The translations under genes were made by a program, and so were the position numbers. The notes beneath the pieces were generated by a model that saw only the letters and a list, made by a program, of their open reading frames with translations, made no database searches and was not told the DNA's origin. Below, piece after piece: positions 16,559 through 26,995 of a DNA stretch of 30,187 nt; the stretch's first letter is position 1; every line of letters begins with the position of its first letter. The stretch is from a virus (lineage: Duplodnaviria > Heunggongvirae > Uroviricota > Caudoviricetes), in the IMG/VR virus record IMGVR_UViG_3300029033_000135; one strand, written 5' to 3'.

Positions 16559-19500
16559 TTAATCCACTCCCACTTTTTTGTTGTACTCGCGGTTAAAGCG
16601 ATCCACGGCAACCTTCATATCCCGCTCTACCGATTTCACCATCGCCGCCTGCTGCGCCAGACTGAGAGAACTGTCGGCATAAATGGCATCGCGCTGTTTG
16701 CGCAAATCCTTCAGTCTCTTCCGGGTATCCTGCATAAGCCCGTTCATCAACAATTTTCCGTTGTTCTCGTCAATGAACGCCGTTCTTTCTGCACCGGTCA
16801 GACTCTTCAGCTCTGCGTGATACTGCGCAACCTCTGTCATCCGGTCGTACATCTTCTGCTGGTCTGCATACGGCATCACCTCACCCGAAATTTTCCCCAG
16901 GAAGGGCACCTGCTGCTCCGGTATATCAATACCGTTCAGCGATTTCACCGCCGCATCTGTGGTTTTGGAAATGAAGCGCCCTGTCCCTCCGGAGATATAG
17001 TCAATCCAGAATTTCAGCGATTCCGGTGTGATATCCACCGCGCCGGGACGATACTGGCTGCCACCTGAGAACGCATTCAGCCAGGATGCAAACGCCTTGT
17101 ACGCCTCAGGCGTTGAACGTCTGCCCAGCTGGCTGTCCGGTTTCGGTGTGCCAAATGGCATGTTCTCCTGGTAAATCTGCGCCCCCATGAAGTTTTCATT
17201 CATGGCAAGGTTCGCAAACGGACGCAGAATGGTCGGCGCTGCATTTTTCAGCAATGCCCCGGACAGTGTTTCCGACGTTTCACTGCCCACAGGACTGAAT
17301 GCCCCCAGGATACCACCGACAACATTACCGGCAGCACGTGAAGCAGTCAGGTCGCCCGCTGCCACACCTTCAGCAGTATGCCCGAGCAGGAAGAAAACGT
17401 TGTACCCGTAAGGCAGAGGAATACTCCAGTACTCTCCGGCCTTGCCCCCGAACACCGATTTCATAATGACGAGGTTACGCTCTTTCACATGAGACGGCAC
17501 CTTGTCATACCAGTTAACCCCGTCATCATCCTCCCCCGCAACACTGCGGTTAAGCGAGCCAAGCAGATAACCCGCTCCCACAGCTGCAAGCGCGATTTTC
17601 TGCGGTACATTGAGATTCTTCCAGCGAAGGCGCTCCGGTAACGGCCCGTCGCCATTAAGATGTCCGAGCGTTCTCACCAGGTTTGCGGTCCCCTGAATGC
17701 TGGCGTTGGCAAACATATACAGCGAGTTCATCAGCGCTCCCTGCTCACCACGACGGTTAAAGTTCACCGTCATGTTTTTGGCAAGAGATGCCGCCTGCTG
17801 GCGTGACAAACCGGCATCACGGGCGTGTTTATAGGCAGAAAGACGCAGAGCGTTTTCAACCGCGCCGTTGGCATCCTCGACCAGGTTCAGGAACGAATGC
17901 CATGCACCGATACTCTGGCCTTTCCATCCTCCCTTCGCCAGCGATACAAGGCGATCCATTTCCTTCTGCTGGCCTTCAAGGTCACCCATGTTAAACCAGC
18001 CGGTTTTACCTCCGTCCTCAACAAACTCTTTCCACACCTTCTGCCACTGCGCACCGTTGCCCGTGAGGGTTTTACCACGCAGACTGGCGTATACGGCAGA
18101 CATGGCAGACCGGCTGTCTTTCACCACAGCCAGGGCGGATAAGTTATCCAGCCCTTTCAGTTTACCGTCGCTCCTTCCCTGCTCCGCCTTCAGGTTCATC
18201 ACCGCCGTCTGCACGTCACGGATGAAGTTACTGACCAGGAATTCCGGGTTATACGACGTGTTCACCGTTGCCAGGAAGCGGTTAACTTTCCCCAGCGTGC
18301 GGATTACGGCGTTACTGGTTTCCGGTCCCATATTCTTCATCGCACGCATCAGGCGCGGATCATGGAGTTTGATGTAGTACGTTTTGCCGTTCTTTTTGGT
18401 GGTGAAGTACCGGTCTGCCATCATTGCCATCGGTACAGGACGTTCGACAACTTCGTGACGGGTTTCACCGGTTTCCGGAACAACACGCTCTGCAATCGCA
18501 CGCATGGTGTCCGGTCGCTCATTGGTGAATACCTGCCAGTAATCCTTGTCTGGATTATCCTGTACCAGTTTCAGGAAGGCGTTACCTACTTCATTTTTGC
18601 GATTGCGGATCAGCGATTCGCTCAAGTCCTGTATCGCCTGAGTGGACGGAGACTGTGCGCGGGATGCACGCCCCATGGCCTGCCTGCTTTCACGTCCGCC
18701 GATAGTGAAGCCTTTACCTGTACGGGGCAGTGACACCACACCGTCAACATCCTGGCCTTTCAGAGGAACGTAGTAACGGTAGGCGTTCTGCCAGGCATCC
18801 ACCACACCGCTCTCTTCCAGTCCGGCCTCACGGATAAGCTCACGGCGACGGGCCAGCATATCGTCAACAATCCCTGCCAGACGGTCATACTGTGCCTGTT
18901 TGCCACTGTTACGCACACGCTGCATGATTTCCGCCGCTTCCGCGTTGGTCATCCCCGAACCGCCGTCCGGCATTTTCGGGTTGATTTTCGCGATATGCGC
19001 GTTACGTTCCGGCGCGTGACGGGCGTAGAGGTACTCATCCAGATCGGCCTGCGCAATTTTGTAGTCCGCCAGTAATTTAGCCAGCGGCTGAACATAGCGC
19101 TCCTTCATCACGTTCAGGTCGTTTTCCGCCTTCCCGTGGAAGAGTTCTTCCGCCATATAAGCGTTGTTACTGTCGTCTATTTTTCCGCCAGTTTTACGGA
19201 TATTCTCCTGAACAGCTTTCAGCACCTGGAATTTATCCTGCATCTGGCGCACAAAACGCGATGCAATTGTCTCTTCCGGTGTCAGACTGCTGGTACGGGA
19301 GTAATGCGGCCCCTTGCGAATATCTTCAGGATAGAGTATTTTATCCGCAGAGCCGCGATAAGAATGTTCCCCTTTGGGCAATTGGAGCCCTCTGTGCAGA
19401 AGGTTATCGCGGCTTAATTTTTCTCTCCGGTACAACGTTAACCCGGTCATTTCCATACTCTTCAGTTTTTTTCCATTTTCTGTACCGTAAACAGAAGCTA

Positions 19501-22500
19501 CCTTGTTGATTTCCAGACGCGACCGGACAGCCTTCATGTGTACCGCTGACACCACCGGATCACCATTTTTATCCACGGCATCAAGCAGCATCACAACCGC
19601 ATTTCTTTCTGTCGCTGAGTGGTAAATTGCATCCGGATCGTGCATCAGTTCCGGTAGTCTCTCGATAACATCCATCGGCACCACATGTTTCACACCATTG
19701 GTGGCCTTACGCACAGTGTCGCGGGAGATAACCAGCGGCAAATCTGGTGCGCCAAGGTGACGCAATACCGGCGGCGTACGCCCGATGTTTACCGTTAAAT
19801 CCGTTGAGCGCAGAGACTTCATCATTCTGGCAAGGTCATCACGATAACGCTCGCCCTCACCTTCCGGCACTTTGAACGGATCAGGCTTACCGCTACGGGA
19901 GTACTGAGACGATGCGCCAGCGCCATCCTCACGCGGCGTGTAACCTTCCCGCACACGCTGGCCTAACGTGCGAATAGTTTCGCGAACAAGTCTGATATCG
20001 TTCAGCTCTGTCGGCTTCAGTAACCCCGTGCGACGCAGTACCCCTTTGACCAGGGCAACAACACGCTCCCACGCCGCCACAAATTTATTCGGCTGTTTCT
20101 CCGCCATATGTGCCAGAAATTCACCCGCCTGCACTTCCGGTGATTCCTTACCATAAGACGCATCAACCTTACGCCAGGCTTCACGGATGGTGGCGTTATC
20201 ACTGTCACGGGTTTTCAGCACGGTCTTAATAATCGTCTGATATTCCGCTGGCGTGACTACATGCTCCATTGCATGGTGGATAATCTCGTGACGCAGCTTC
20301 TCGCGAACGGTCCGCCCGTCAGGAATGTTATCCGCCACCAGGACAATTTCACGTTTATCCGGACGATAGAACGCATGCACCCTGCCGTAACCGTCGAACG
20401 ATTCACCCGCCAGCGCTTCAGCCTCTTTCTGTGACTTCACCACGCGGACCTTCAGGTCACTGTCCTTAATGCCACTCATCACGCCACGGGCAACCGCTTC
20501 AACCTGCGGGACCGGGCTGCCTTTGGCTTCCGCACTGCGGTTAACATCCGAAATGAGATTGCCTTCAGGTGTGCGGGTCACGCCCTTACGGGAATAAAAC
20601 GCAACGCCCTTGTCCGTCTCACGGGTTTTCAGCGTACTGAACAGGTGATCGAATGCATCACGAATACCGCCATCCAGTTCCGCATTCGTCGGATAAGCCC
20701 AGGTGTTATCTGTGTTGTGCTCAGGTGCCTTACGGATATTGACCAGATAATCATTCTCCACGCCAGCCGTACGCGCTTTATCCTGAACATAACGCTCAAA
20801 GGCACGCGCCGCCATTTCAACATCCGTTGACCAGTACGGTTTTGAGCGCACCTCATCGAGAAGCGCTGAACGACGCGGCATGTCACTGCTGTTGATCGCT
20901 TTCATCACGCCTTTAAACGCGTCGTAAACCTCCTGACGTACCGGATATTCCGCATCAACATATCTGCCGTCTTTAAATACGCGCCCGGCACGCTGTGCTT
21001 CCGTCATATAGTCGCCACCTGACGTGATCTTCCCGTCAGTGGAAACATCATAACGACCAAAATAATTATCCAGTGAATGGAACCATTCGTGGGCCAGCGC
21101 CCCCGGTCCGTTACCTTTTGTCAGGTTGATTGCCACCTCACCCGGCTCATAGTGTGCCGCCGCCTTACCCTTACCACGGGCACCAAAAGCAAGCCCAAGA
21201 CGACCGTTCAGAGAAAGCGCTTTTGTCGGCACGTTCAGCACATCAGCCAGGTCATGCAGCGAGTCATAAGCCCGGTTCAAATCAGCCTGACGACGCGGAC
21301 CTTCCACATAATTACCAAACTGCACACCACGAAAACCAAACGCATCACTGAACTGCTCCGGCGAAACATCCCCCTTGCGGCGTTCTGGTCCGGTACGATC
21401 GCGGTTGGTGGCGTTACGCTGCTCCTCACGCGAAATCTCCCGCATCTCCTTCACATGACGAACAAGCTCATCACGATGTGAATCAATGTACTTACGCGCA
21501 TCACTGGCTGACTTAAAGCCACCTCTCACCCGCATTTTGTTTTTGCCATAAGCGATAAAAATATCGCCACTGCGGGTATTCCGGTAAACGTCAAAGCGGA
21601 TTTTGTCATCCGGTGACGGTGCCGTTTTTTCATCTCCTTTCGCCTGTGACTTTTCCTCCAGCTCTGCAAACCAGACTTTCGCCTTTGTCAGTAATTCATC
21701 CCTGCTTTCCGAGAAAAAGAGGTTAGTCCCCTTATTGTCCTTATTGCGCAGTGAATAAAGTTTCTGTGGCGGATCGTAACGCTTCCCTCCTGCCGCCTGA
21801 TACACACCCGATACCACCCGATAAGCAGAAGCCTTGTCCATCTGTGAGGGTGGCAGAGTGCGTAACAGTTGCCAGGTATCCGCGTAACGGGAGGGCATTC
21901 TGCCTTCCATCCATTCTGCGAGGCGTTTCGCGCTGACCGTTCCGTTCAGCATTTCCGATACACTGTGTCGTACTTTTTTTACGCTCTCCCCCCAGCCAGC
22001 CGTATTGTGTTTCGTCTTCGCCGGAATATCGCTACGATACAGCGCTATCATTGCCAGGGTGTCAGCATCAGCCCCTTCGCTCGCCAGTTTTGCGTAGTCC
22101 GGTTTCGGGAACAGTTTGCTCAGCGGCTGCGTGGCATAATCCCTGTCTTCCAGCGTTTTACCCAGTGTTTCAGCAAGCTGTGCATAACGGTGTTTGGCTG
22201 CCCCTTTAATTTCCTCGCCAAAGTCTTCAATTTTTTTGCCCCTGACTTCACCTCCGCGCACAGTAGCTTCCCTGTCAGTAGAGACAGTTGTTTCAGATTC
22301 AGGTGCGATTGTCTCAGGCTGCGGGATGTCACGATTTCCTCCGGCCTGTCGACGTACTTCTGCCTGCTGTGCGAGCTCAGGCAATGAGTTACGAACAGTT
22401 CGGGGAAGCTGATCAGGCTGAGGCATACGGACATTGTGTGTAATGTCCGGAGCCGGTAGACCTTCACGTACCAGCGCTGTGGCGTTCTGCTCATCCGGTG

Positions 22501-24940
22501 ACGGCAGACCACGACGAACTGTTTCGCCCTCCAGTATTTCCCCCTGGCGACCAGCGGCGTTTTCCGGTGCCGGAGCACGTCCTTTCTGGAAACTCTGGCC
22601 CTTAACCTCACCGGTTGTGGTAAAACGACCACCACGTCCGGCCTGATTCTCATCCGGCGTACGCGCCACCTCTCCCGGTAACGGATATCCCTGTCCGGGA
22701 TGAATATCGCCGGGGGCGGGCAGACGCGGACGCTCAGTTAACTCCTGTGCTGTCGGACCGGCATCACCTTCAGCCATCTGGGAATGCACCAGTTCTTCCG
22801 CCGTCGGCGCGTTGCCACGGGCAAGACGGGCCTGCACTTCTGTATCATCCCCCGTAAAACCACGGAATCGCGGGTCACGCATGAACGCGGGCTGTTCCAT
22901 CGGATCAGCATCAGTAATACGCTCTCCGTCAGCCAGAGTGTTAATGGTCTCCGTTGCCACATCTTCAGAGAACGCAGGATTATCCATTTCAACGGCATAC
23001 TGATTCTCGCCTTTCTTCACTACGGACGGTTTCAGGCCGGTGGCGCTGGCATTGCGGAAAACGTCGCTCCCCAGAGCACTTTTTTCATCCGTGAAATAAC
23101 GGTTGTCCGGACGCACCTTTTCAATGCGTTCTGCTGGTCTGGACGCACCACTCCCGTTAATTTCAATACGAACTTCATCCGGATCGCGGAACCGCACCGT
23201 CGGGTAAATACTCCCGTCGCCATCATCCGCATTTTCCGGCTGTGGCTGTGCCTCCGGTCTGGCCTCCTGCTGAGGGCGAAGCACATCACGGATAGCCTGT
23301 AACTGCTGCTCTTCAGTATCAGTACGCCCTTCCTTCAGGCTGAGTTTTCGGTATTCCTCAAGCAGTTCAGGGCGCGGCTTCGCCTTCAGCTCATCCATTA
23401 CCGCCTGTCGCTTCGCCTGTTCATCCAGTTCATTCAACAGCTGGCTGGCGGCTTCCCGGCGATGAACGGCAGACGTGTCTTCCTCATGTGCCATATCCGC
23501 ATCAGCATACTGTTCCAGAAGCTGCTCGCGATTCATCCCCTGCATGGATTCACGATGCTGTGCCACCGGATCAACCGGTTCGGGTTGCGGAGCCGATTCG
23601 TCCTGAGGAACGCTTTCAGCCTCACGCATGGCGGTTTCTTCTGCGGCATGACGTCTGCCACGATATCCGGCAACCGCACCGAATGGTGCCCCCATCGCAG
23701 CACCAAGGGCTGCACCTTCGATCGTTGCGTCAGCCACGCCCTCCCCCGGTGACACATCCATTCCGGCGGTCTCACGCAATGCCGTGTTTTCCTGATAGCG
23801 TGAATAGCCACCCTGCGCCGCATTAATCGTCCCCTGTTCCGTGGCATTTCTGACAATGCCGCTTTTAACGGTCTTCGCCGTGCCCCGCATCGCCAGATTA
23901 AGCAACTGAGCATCGCCCAGTTTTGCCGCCATGGCATTCACAGCCAGCAATTCAGGATCTGTTGCCAGCTGCGCGCGCACCTCATCGGCAACACGCTCTT
24001 TTGCCAGATCCATTTTCTGGCGATCAGTAAGCTGTGCGTGCTGCGGATCTGCATCAATTGACAAAAACGTCTGCTGAAATTTCGGGGACTTCGCCAGCTC
24101 AGAGTAATCCGCGTTAAGAACAGAGTCTGCTGCTGCCATTGCACTCTGCCCCTGTGCGCTGGCTGAGGAATGGGTGATCAGGCCTGCCTGGAATAAATCC
24201 GGCATTTTTTTATCGACAGCTTCTGCTGCCAGTGCGGTAGCTCTTTCCGGCTGCATCCCTGCCGCAATGTATTTTTTCTCCAGCCCGGCGGTCAGCACTT
24301 TTCGCAGAGTGACTTCACCCAGCTTTTTAGTCACACCGCCTGCAACCATATCAGGTACAAGGGCACCAATCAGGTTTACGCCCTTCGCCACCCAGACCGC
24401 AGAATCATCATATCCTTCAGTCATCGGTGTATTCAGCGCCCGCTGCGCCCCCGGCGACATCTTGCCAGTCAGCCATTCATCCGAGGCTTTAGCGCCGCCA
24501 CTGACTGCCTTGCCTGTGACCTTCAGACCTTTACCGACAATATCAGTAACCGCATTTTTTCCATCAGGCAGAGTGTCGATGACCTCATCCGCCCCCTTGC
24601 TGCCACCGACAAAAATATCCTGAACAGTTGCGACTCCCGGCAGCCCCATACGGCTGAACTCATTTAAAATACGCGCCCCTGTTTTTACCGGGCTCTGAAT
24701 CATCGCATCACCGAGTCCACGGGCCATTTCCCCTGCCCCCCGGACGGACTGGGCGACACCTTTCCCCATAGTTGGCAATACATCGCCCAGGCTGAACGAC
24801 GTGCTGTTGTCCTTCCAGCGATTGGGATCGGAGAAAAACGCATCATAGCGGTCAGTCTCGCCCGGCTGCTGAATGTTCAGGCTGTTGCGGTTCTGGTTGC
24901 CAAATTGCGCTTCAGGGCGCTGTTCATCGGAATAAGCCAT
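16559..24940 (-). CDS. Giant 2793-aa multidomain protein with two HExxH motifs; polyvalent-protein-like, function unknown
   Basis: One uninterrupted ORF with SD ggag 8 nt before the ATG. Gly/Ala-rich N-terminal part; acidic Pro/Gln-rich low-complexity linker (about residues 430-900); HEWFH at residues 1284-1288 (nt 21077-21091); HEIIHHAMEH at 1551-1560 (nt 20276-20290 for HEIIH). No Walker A motif was found by eye. Confidence 0.8.
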   Translation of the reverse strand: MAYSDEQRPEAQFGNQNRNSLNIQQPGETDRYDAFFSDPNRWKDNSTSFSLGDVLPTMGKGVAQSVRGAGEMARGLGDAMIQSPVKTGARILNEFSRMGLPGVATVQDIFVGGSKGADEVIDTLPDGKNAVTDIVGKGLKVTGKAVSGGAKASDEWLTGKMSPGAQRALNTPMTEGYDDSAVWVAKGVNLIGALVPDMVAGGVTKKLGEVTLRKVLTAGLEKKYIAAGMQPERATALAAEAVDKKMPDLFQAGLITHSSASAQGQSAMAAADSVLNADYSELAKSPKFQQTFLSIDADPQHAQLTDRQKMDLAKERVADEVRAQLATDPELLAVNAMAAKLGDAQLLNLAMRGTAKTVKSGIVRNATEQGTINAAQGGYSRYQENTALRETAGMDVSPGEGVADATIEGAALGAAMGAPFGAVAGYRGRRHAAEETAMREAESVPQDESAPQPEPVDPVAQHRESMQGMNREQLLEQYADADMAHEEDTSAVHRREAASQLLNELDEQAKRQAVMDELKAKPRPELLEEYRKLSLKEGRTDTEEQQLQAIRDVLRPQQEARPEAQPQPENADDGDGSIYPTVRFRDPDEVRIEINGSGASRPAERIEKVRPDNRYFTDEKSALGSDVFRNASATGLKPSVVKKGENQYAVEMDNPAFSEDVATETINTLADGERITDADPMEQPAFMRDPRFRGFTGDDTEVQARLARGNAPTAEELVHSQMAEGDAGPTAQELTERPRLPAPGDIHPGQGYPLPGEVARTPDENQAGRGGRFTTTGEVKGQSFQKGRAPAPENAAGRQGEILEGETVRRGLPSPDEQNATALVREGLPAPDITHNVRMPQPDQLPRTVRNSLPELAQQAEVRRQAGGNRDIPQPETIAPESETTVSTDREATVRGGEVRGKKIEDFGEEIKGAAKHRYAQLAETLGKTLEDRDYATQPLSKLFPKPDYAKLASEGADADTLAMIALYRSDIPAKTKHNTAGWGESVKKVRHSVSEMLNGTVSAKRLAEWMEGRMPSRYADTWQLLRTLPPSQMDKASAYRVVSGVYQAAGGKRYDPPQKLYSLRNKDNKGTNLFFSESRDELLTKAKVWFAELEEKSQAKGDEKTAPSPDDKIRFDVYRNTRSGDIFIAYGKNKMRVRGGFKSASDARKYIDSHRDELVRHVKEMREISREEQRNATNRDRTGPERRKGDVSPEQFSDAFGFRGVQFGNYVEGPRRQADLNRAYDSLHDLADVLNVPTKALSLNGRLGLAFGARGKGKAAAHYEPGEVAINLTKGNGPGALAHEWFHSLDNYFGRYDVSTDGKITSGGDYMTEAQRAGRVFKDGRYVDAEYPVRQEVYDAFKGVMKAINSSDMPRRSALLDEVRSKPYWSTDVEMAARAFERYVQDKARTAGVENDYLVNIRKAPEHNTDNTWAYPTNAELDGGIRDAFDHLFSTLKTRETDKGVAFYSRKGVTRTPEGNLISDVNRSAEAKGSPVPQVEAVARGVMSGIKDSDLKVRVVKSQKEAEALAGESFDGYGRVHAFYRPDKREIVLVADNIPDGRTVREKLRHEIIHHAMEHVVTPAEYQTIIKTVLKTRDSDNATIREAWRKVDASYGKESPEVQAGEFLAHMAEKQPNKFVAAWERVVALVKGVLRRTGLLKPTELNDIRLVRETIRTLGQRVREGYTPREDGAGASSQYSRSGKPDPFKVPEGEGERYRDDLARMMKSLRSTDLTVNIGRTPPVLRHLGAPDLPLVISRDTVRKATNGVKHVVPMDVIERLPELMHDPDAIYHSATERNAVVMLLDAVDKNGDPVVSAVHMKAVRSRLEINKVASVYGTENGKKLKSMEMTGLTLYRREKLSRDNLLHRGLQLPKGEHSYRGSADKILYPEDIRKGPHYSRTSSLTPEETIASRFVRQMQDKFQVLKAVQENIRKTGGKIDDSNNAYMAEELFHGKAENDLNVMKERYVQPLAKLLADYKIAQADLDEYLYARHAPERNAHIAKINPKMPDGGSGMTNAEAAEIMQRVRNSGKQAQYDRLAGIVDDMLARRRELIREAGLEESGVVDAWQNAYRYYVPLKGQDVDGVVSLPRTGKGFTIGGRESRQAMGRASRAQSPSTQAIQDLSESLIRNRKNEVGNAFLKLVQDNPDKDYWQVFTNERPDTMRAIAERVVPETGETRHEVVERPVPMAMMADRYFTTKKNGKTYYIKLHDPRLMRAMKNMGPETSNAVIRTLGKVNRFLATVNTSYNPEFLVSNFIRDVQTAVMNLKAEQGRSDGKLKGLDNLSALAVVKDSRSAMSAVYASLRGKTLTGNGAQWQKVWKEFVEDGGKTGWFNMGDLEGQQKEMDRLVSLAKGGWKGQSIGAWHSFLNLVEDANGAVENALRLSAYKHARDAGLSRQQAASLAKNMTVNFNRRGEQGALMNSLYMFANASIQGTANLVRTLGHLNGDGPLPERLRWKNLNVPQKIALAAVGAGYLLGSLNRSVAGEDDDGVNWYDKVPSHVKERNLVIMKSVFGGKAGEYWSIPLPYGYNVFFLLGHTAEGVAAGDLTASRAAGNVVGGILGAFSPVGSETSETLSGALLKNAAPTILRPFANLAMNENFMGAQIYQENMPFGTPKPDSQLGRRSTPEAYKAFASWLNAFSGGSQYRPGAVDITPESLKFWIDYISGGTGRFISKTTDAAVKSLNGIDIPEQQVPFLGKISGEVMPYADQQKMYDRMTEVAQYHAELKSLTGAERTAFIDENNGKLLMNGLMQDTRKRLKDLRKQRDAIYADSSLSLAQQAAMVKSVERDMKVAVDRFNREYNKKVGVD

Positions 24941-24951
24941 ACAGACTCCAT

Positions 24952-24977
24952 AAAAAAACCCGGCACAATGACCGGGT
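24952..24977 (-). terminator. Intrinsic terminator between the 421-aa gene and the giant ORF
   Basis: On the minus strand: acccgg-N8-ccgggt hairpin followed by seven U, immediately upstream of the giant ORF SD. Confidence 0.7.
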
Positions 24978-25008
24978 ATCAGGAAATAGTATTAACGGGA
25001 ATGGTGAA

Positions 25009-26274
25009 TTACTGCGCGTAATTCTGTTTCAGACCACGGATAAACTCAGATGCAGAGGCCGCACTATCATCTCTGGCCTGTTCCCCCCTGGCCTTTTGAA
25101 TACGGAGAAAATTCGCATACCCGTTCTCCAGCAATTTCTGATTCTGAGGCTCCAGCATTTCTGGCTGACGGGAAGCAACTTCTCTGGCGAATGCCTGCTT
25201 ATCCGGATCATCACCCGCCCAACTGGTAATCCCTTGTTGAATTTTTTGCTGCTGAATTTTCTGCTGATGTTGCGGTGAACCAGTTGCAGCGTAATACTCA
25301 TCCACCGCCGCCTGAGCATTCCCGCCGTTCTTGATCGCTTCCGCCGCTACACTGCTGGCTCCTTCCTGAAGTTTCGCCAGAGAAAGTCCCTGCTGCTTCG
25401 GCGTGAAATAGCCGAAATTTTTCGAAATTTCCGCGAATTTACTGCGATCCCTGACAAGCTCAACAGCCTTATCAACAGGCACCGCCAGCACGGTTTGATC
25501 ATCAGGATGTGCACTGCCGTATTCTGTTACAGGTTTATGCGCGGTGGAGCCATCGCTGTATGTGAGATCAAGGCCAATAAGTACGTACCCTTCCTGCTGC
25601 GCCGGTACGATACTGCCAATCCTGGCCTCTTTTATCGTCTTTTTCCCGGTTGAATCGGGCATGCCAATACGCTGTTGCAGTTCCGGGCCAAACACCCCGG
25701 AAAGGACATCAAGATTCTCCGGCGTATTAAGTGAAGCGATAGCCCTGTCCGGCTTGTCATCAAAGATTTTTTGCAGGTTGTTCACGGCCTGACCCGCTTT
25801 CGCTACATAGCCATCATTCGCCATCAGCCTCAGCGGATTACCCTCTGACAACTGGCCGTAAAGACGCATTGCTGCATCCCGATCGCCAGCATCCACAGCC
25901 TTTCCAAGCGCCGCCATCACAGGCTGATCGCGCGCCAGCATATCGTTATACTCAAGCCATCGCTGGTTGTATTTCTGCATCCGGAGTCGCTGCTGCTCCA
26001 TACCCAGCGACGCATTCCGGTAATTCTGGTTGGCGTTAAATTCACGTTCTTTAAGCGCATAATCACGGTCATCAACTTTGGCTTTGTAATCAAAGTCACG
26101 CTGATCAACGTTTTTATTATGTTCAAACTGCGACTGCGCAAACTCAAAATCTCGCTCGTTATTTTTCTGTTGCTGAGCAAGCTGTGCTTCTCGCAAACCA
26201 AGCTCCTTACGACGGGTCATTGCCTGGTCAACCGTGCTGAATCCGGCAAGTAACCCCTGTGCAAATCCGCTCAT
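25009..26274 (-). CDS. Hypothetical 421-aa protein, Gln/Asn-rich, coiled-coil-like
   Basis: ORF with SD aaggag 7 nt upstream; repetitive charged/Gln-rich sequence (QQKIQQQKIQQ); no recognisable catalytic motif. Confidence 0.6.
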   Translation of the reverse strand: MSGFAQGLLAGFSTVDQAMTRRKELGLREAQLAQQQKNNERDFEFAQSQFEHNKNVDQRDFDYKAKVDDRDYALKEREFNANQNYRNASLGMEQQRLRMQKYNQRWLEYNDMLARDQPVMAALGKAVDAGDRDAAMRLYGQLSEGNPLRLMANDGYVAKAGQAVNNLQKIFDDKPDRAIASLNTPENLDVLSGVFGPELQQRIGMPDSTGKKTIKEARIGSIVPAQQEGYVLIGLDLTYSDGSTAHKPVTEYGSAHPDDQTVLAVPVDKAVELVRDRSKFAEISKNFGYFTPKQQGLSLAKLQEGASSVAAEAIKNGGNAQAAVDEYYAATGSPQHQQKIQQQKIQQGITSWAGDDPDKQAFAREVASRQPEMLEPQNQKLLENGYANFLRIQKARGEQARDDSAASASEFIRGLKQNYAQ

Positions 26275-26284
26275 TCACCACTCC

Positions 26285-26536
26285 TTAAAACAACGAGCCA
26301 GCAAGACCACCTATGACAGCACCAATAGCCGCACCGGGGAGACCACCAACGGCAGCGCCCATAGCCGCCCCCGTACCAATGCCCGTACCGATATTCTGCT
26401 TGTTCTGCGCTTTCTGTTGCGCCGCCATCTGCTTGTTAGCAGCCTCAATTTCTTCACGTCGCCTGTCGGCGTCACTTATTCCCTGTAATGCCTCTCGACG
26501 TGACTGATTCGCAATATCCAGTAAACCGTATCCCAT
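26285..26536 (-). CDS. Small glycine-zipper membrane protein (83 aa)
   Basis: C-terminal GxxxG-type zipper IGTGIGTGAAMGAAVGGLPGAAIGAVIGGLAGSLF. Start set at the ATG at 26536 (SD aagggga) rather than the ORF-track start at 26575, which overlaps the upstream gene. Confidence 0.55.
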   Translation of the reverse strand: MGYGLLDIANQSRREALQGISDADRRREEIEAANKQMAAQQKAQNKQNIGTGIGTGAAMGAAVGGLPGAAIGAVIGGLAGSLF

Positions 26537-26546
26537 ATCGTTCCCC

Positions 26547-26993
26547 TTACCCTGACACCAGTTGTCCACCAACACTCAGTTGCTGTCTTGCAGGTGCAGA
26601 AGCACCAGTCAGTATGTTCATCTGGCGATCCTGCTCTGCTTCCCGTATACCATTTTTCGCGCCAGCAATTGCCAGTGCATTACGTAAACCCAGCGTGTTA
26701 CTGTTGGGATTATCCGGACGGTTTACCCCGTATCTCGCCATCTGGTTATCCTGTGCCATCTGCGCTGTACGGAGACTGGAAGTGGCAAGGCCACCTACCC
26801 GGGCAAGCTGTGCATTCATCAGGCTGTTGTTCTCACCAAGGTCAGCCAGCCTTGCCACGCGGGGCAAATATCTGGTTCGCCAGTCGTCGTATTGCTGGCG
26901 TGTCAGCGCGGCGGATGTCTGCCAGTCACCCTGTGGGCGGGCTGCGCCTGAATAACCAGCCCTTGCGAGAGTTTCGTATTTGCCATACTCCAT
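26547..26993 (-). CDS. Hypothetical 148-aa protein
   Basis: ORF with SD ggag upstream, tightly packed between neighbours; no recognisable motif. Confidence 0.5.
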   Translation of the reverse strand: MEYGKYETLARAGYSGAARPQGDWQTSAALTRQQYDDWRTRYLPRVARLADLGENNSLMNAQLARVGGLATSSLRTAQMAQDNQMARYGVNRPDNPNSNTLGLRNALAIAGAKNGIREAEQDRQMNILTGASAPARQQLSVGGQLVSG

Positions 26994-26995
26994 AA

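Noticed and set aside
16817-24623. Many ORF-track entries of 60-180 aa on both strands inside the giant gene (for example 17868-18377 +, 21869-22387 +, 22120-22653 -, 22784-23302 +, 23533-23937 -, 24174-24623 +)
   Set aside because: All are embedded in or antisense to the single continuous 2793-codon frame in a G+C-rich region where stop codons are rare in every frame; none has a credible SD or motif.
16559-24940. Giant ORF as a tail fibre, Rhs/YD-repeat toxin, or helicase/STAND-type defence NTPase
   Set aside because: No YD or collagen-like repeats and no Walker A/B motifs were found by eye; the HExxH motifs and acidic linker fit a polyvalent or effector-type protein better. This remains unverified without profile searches.
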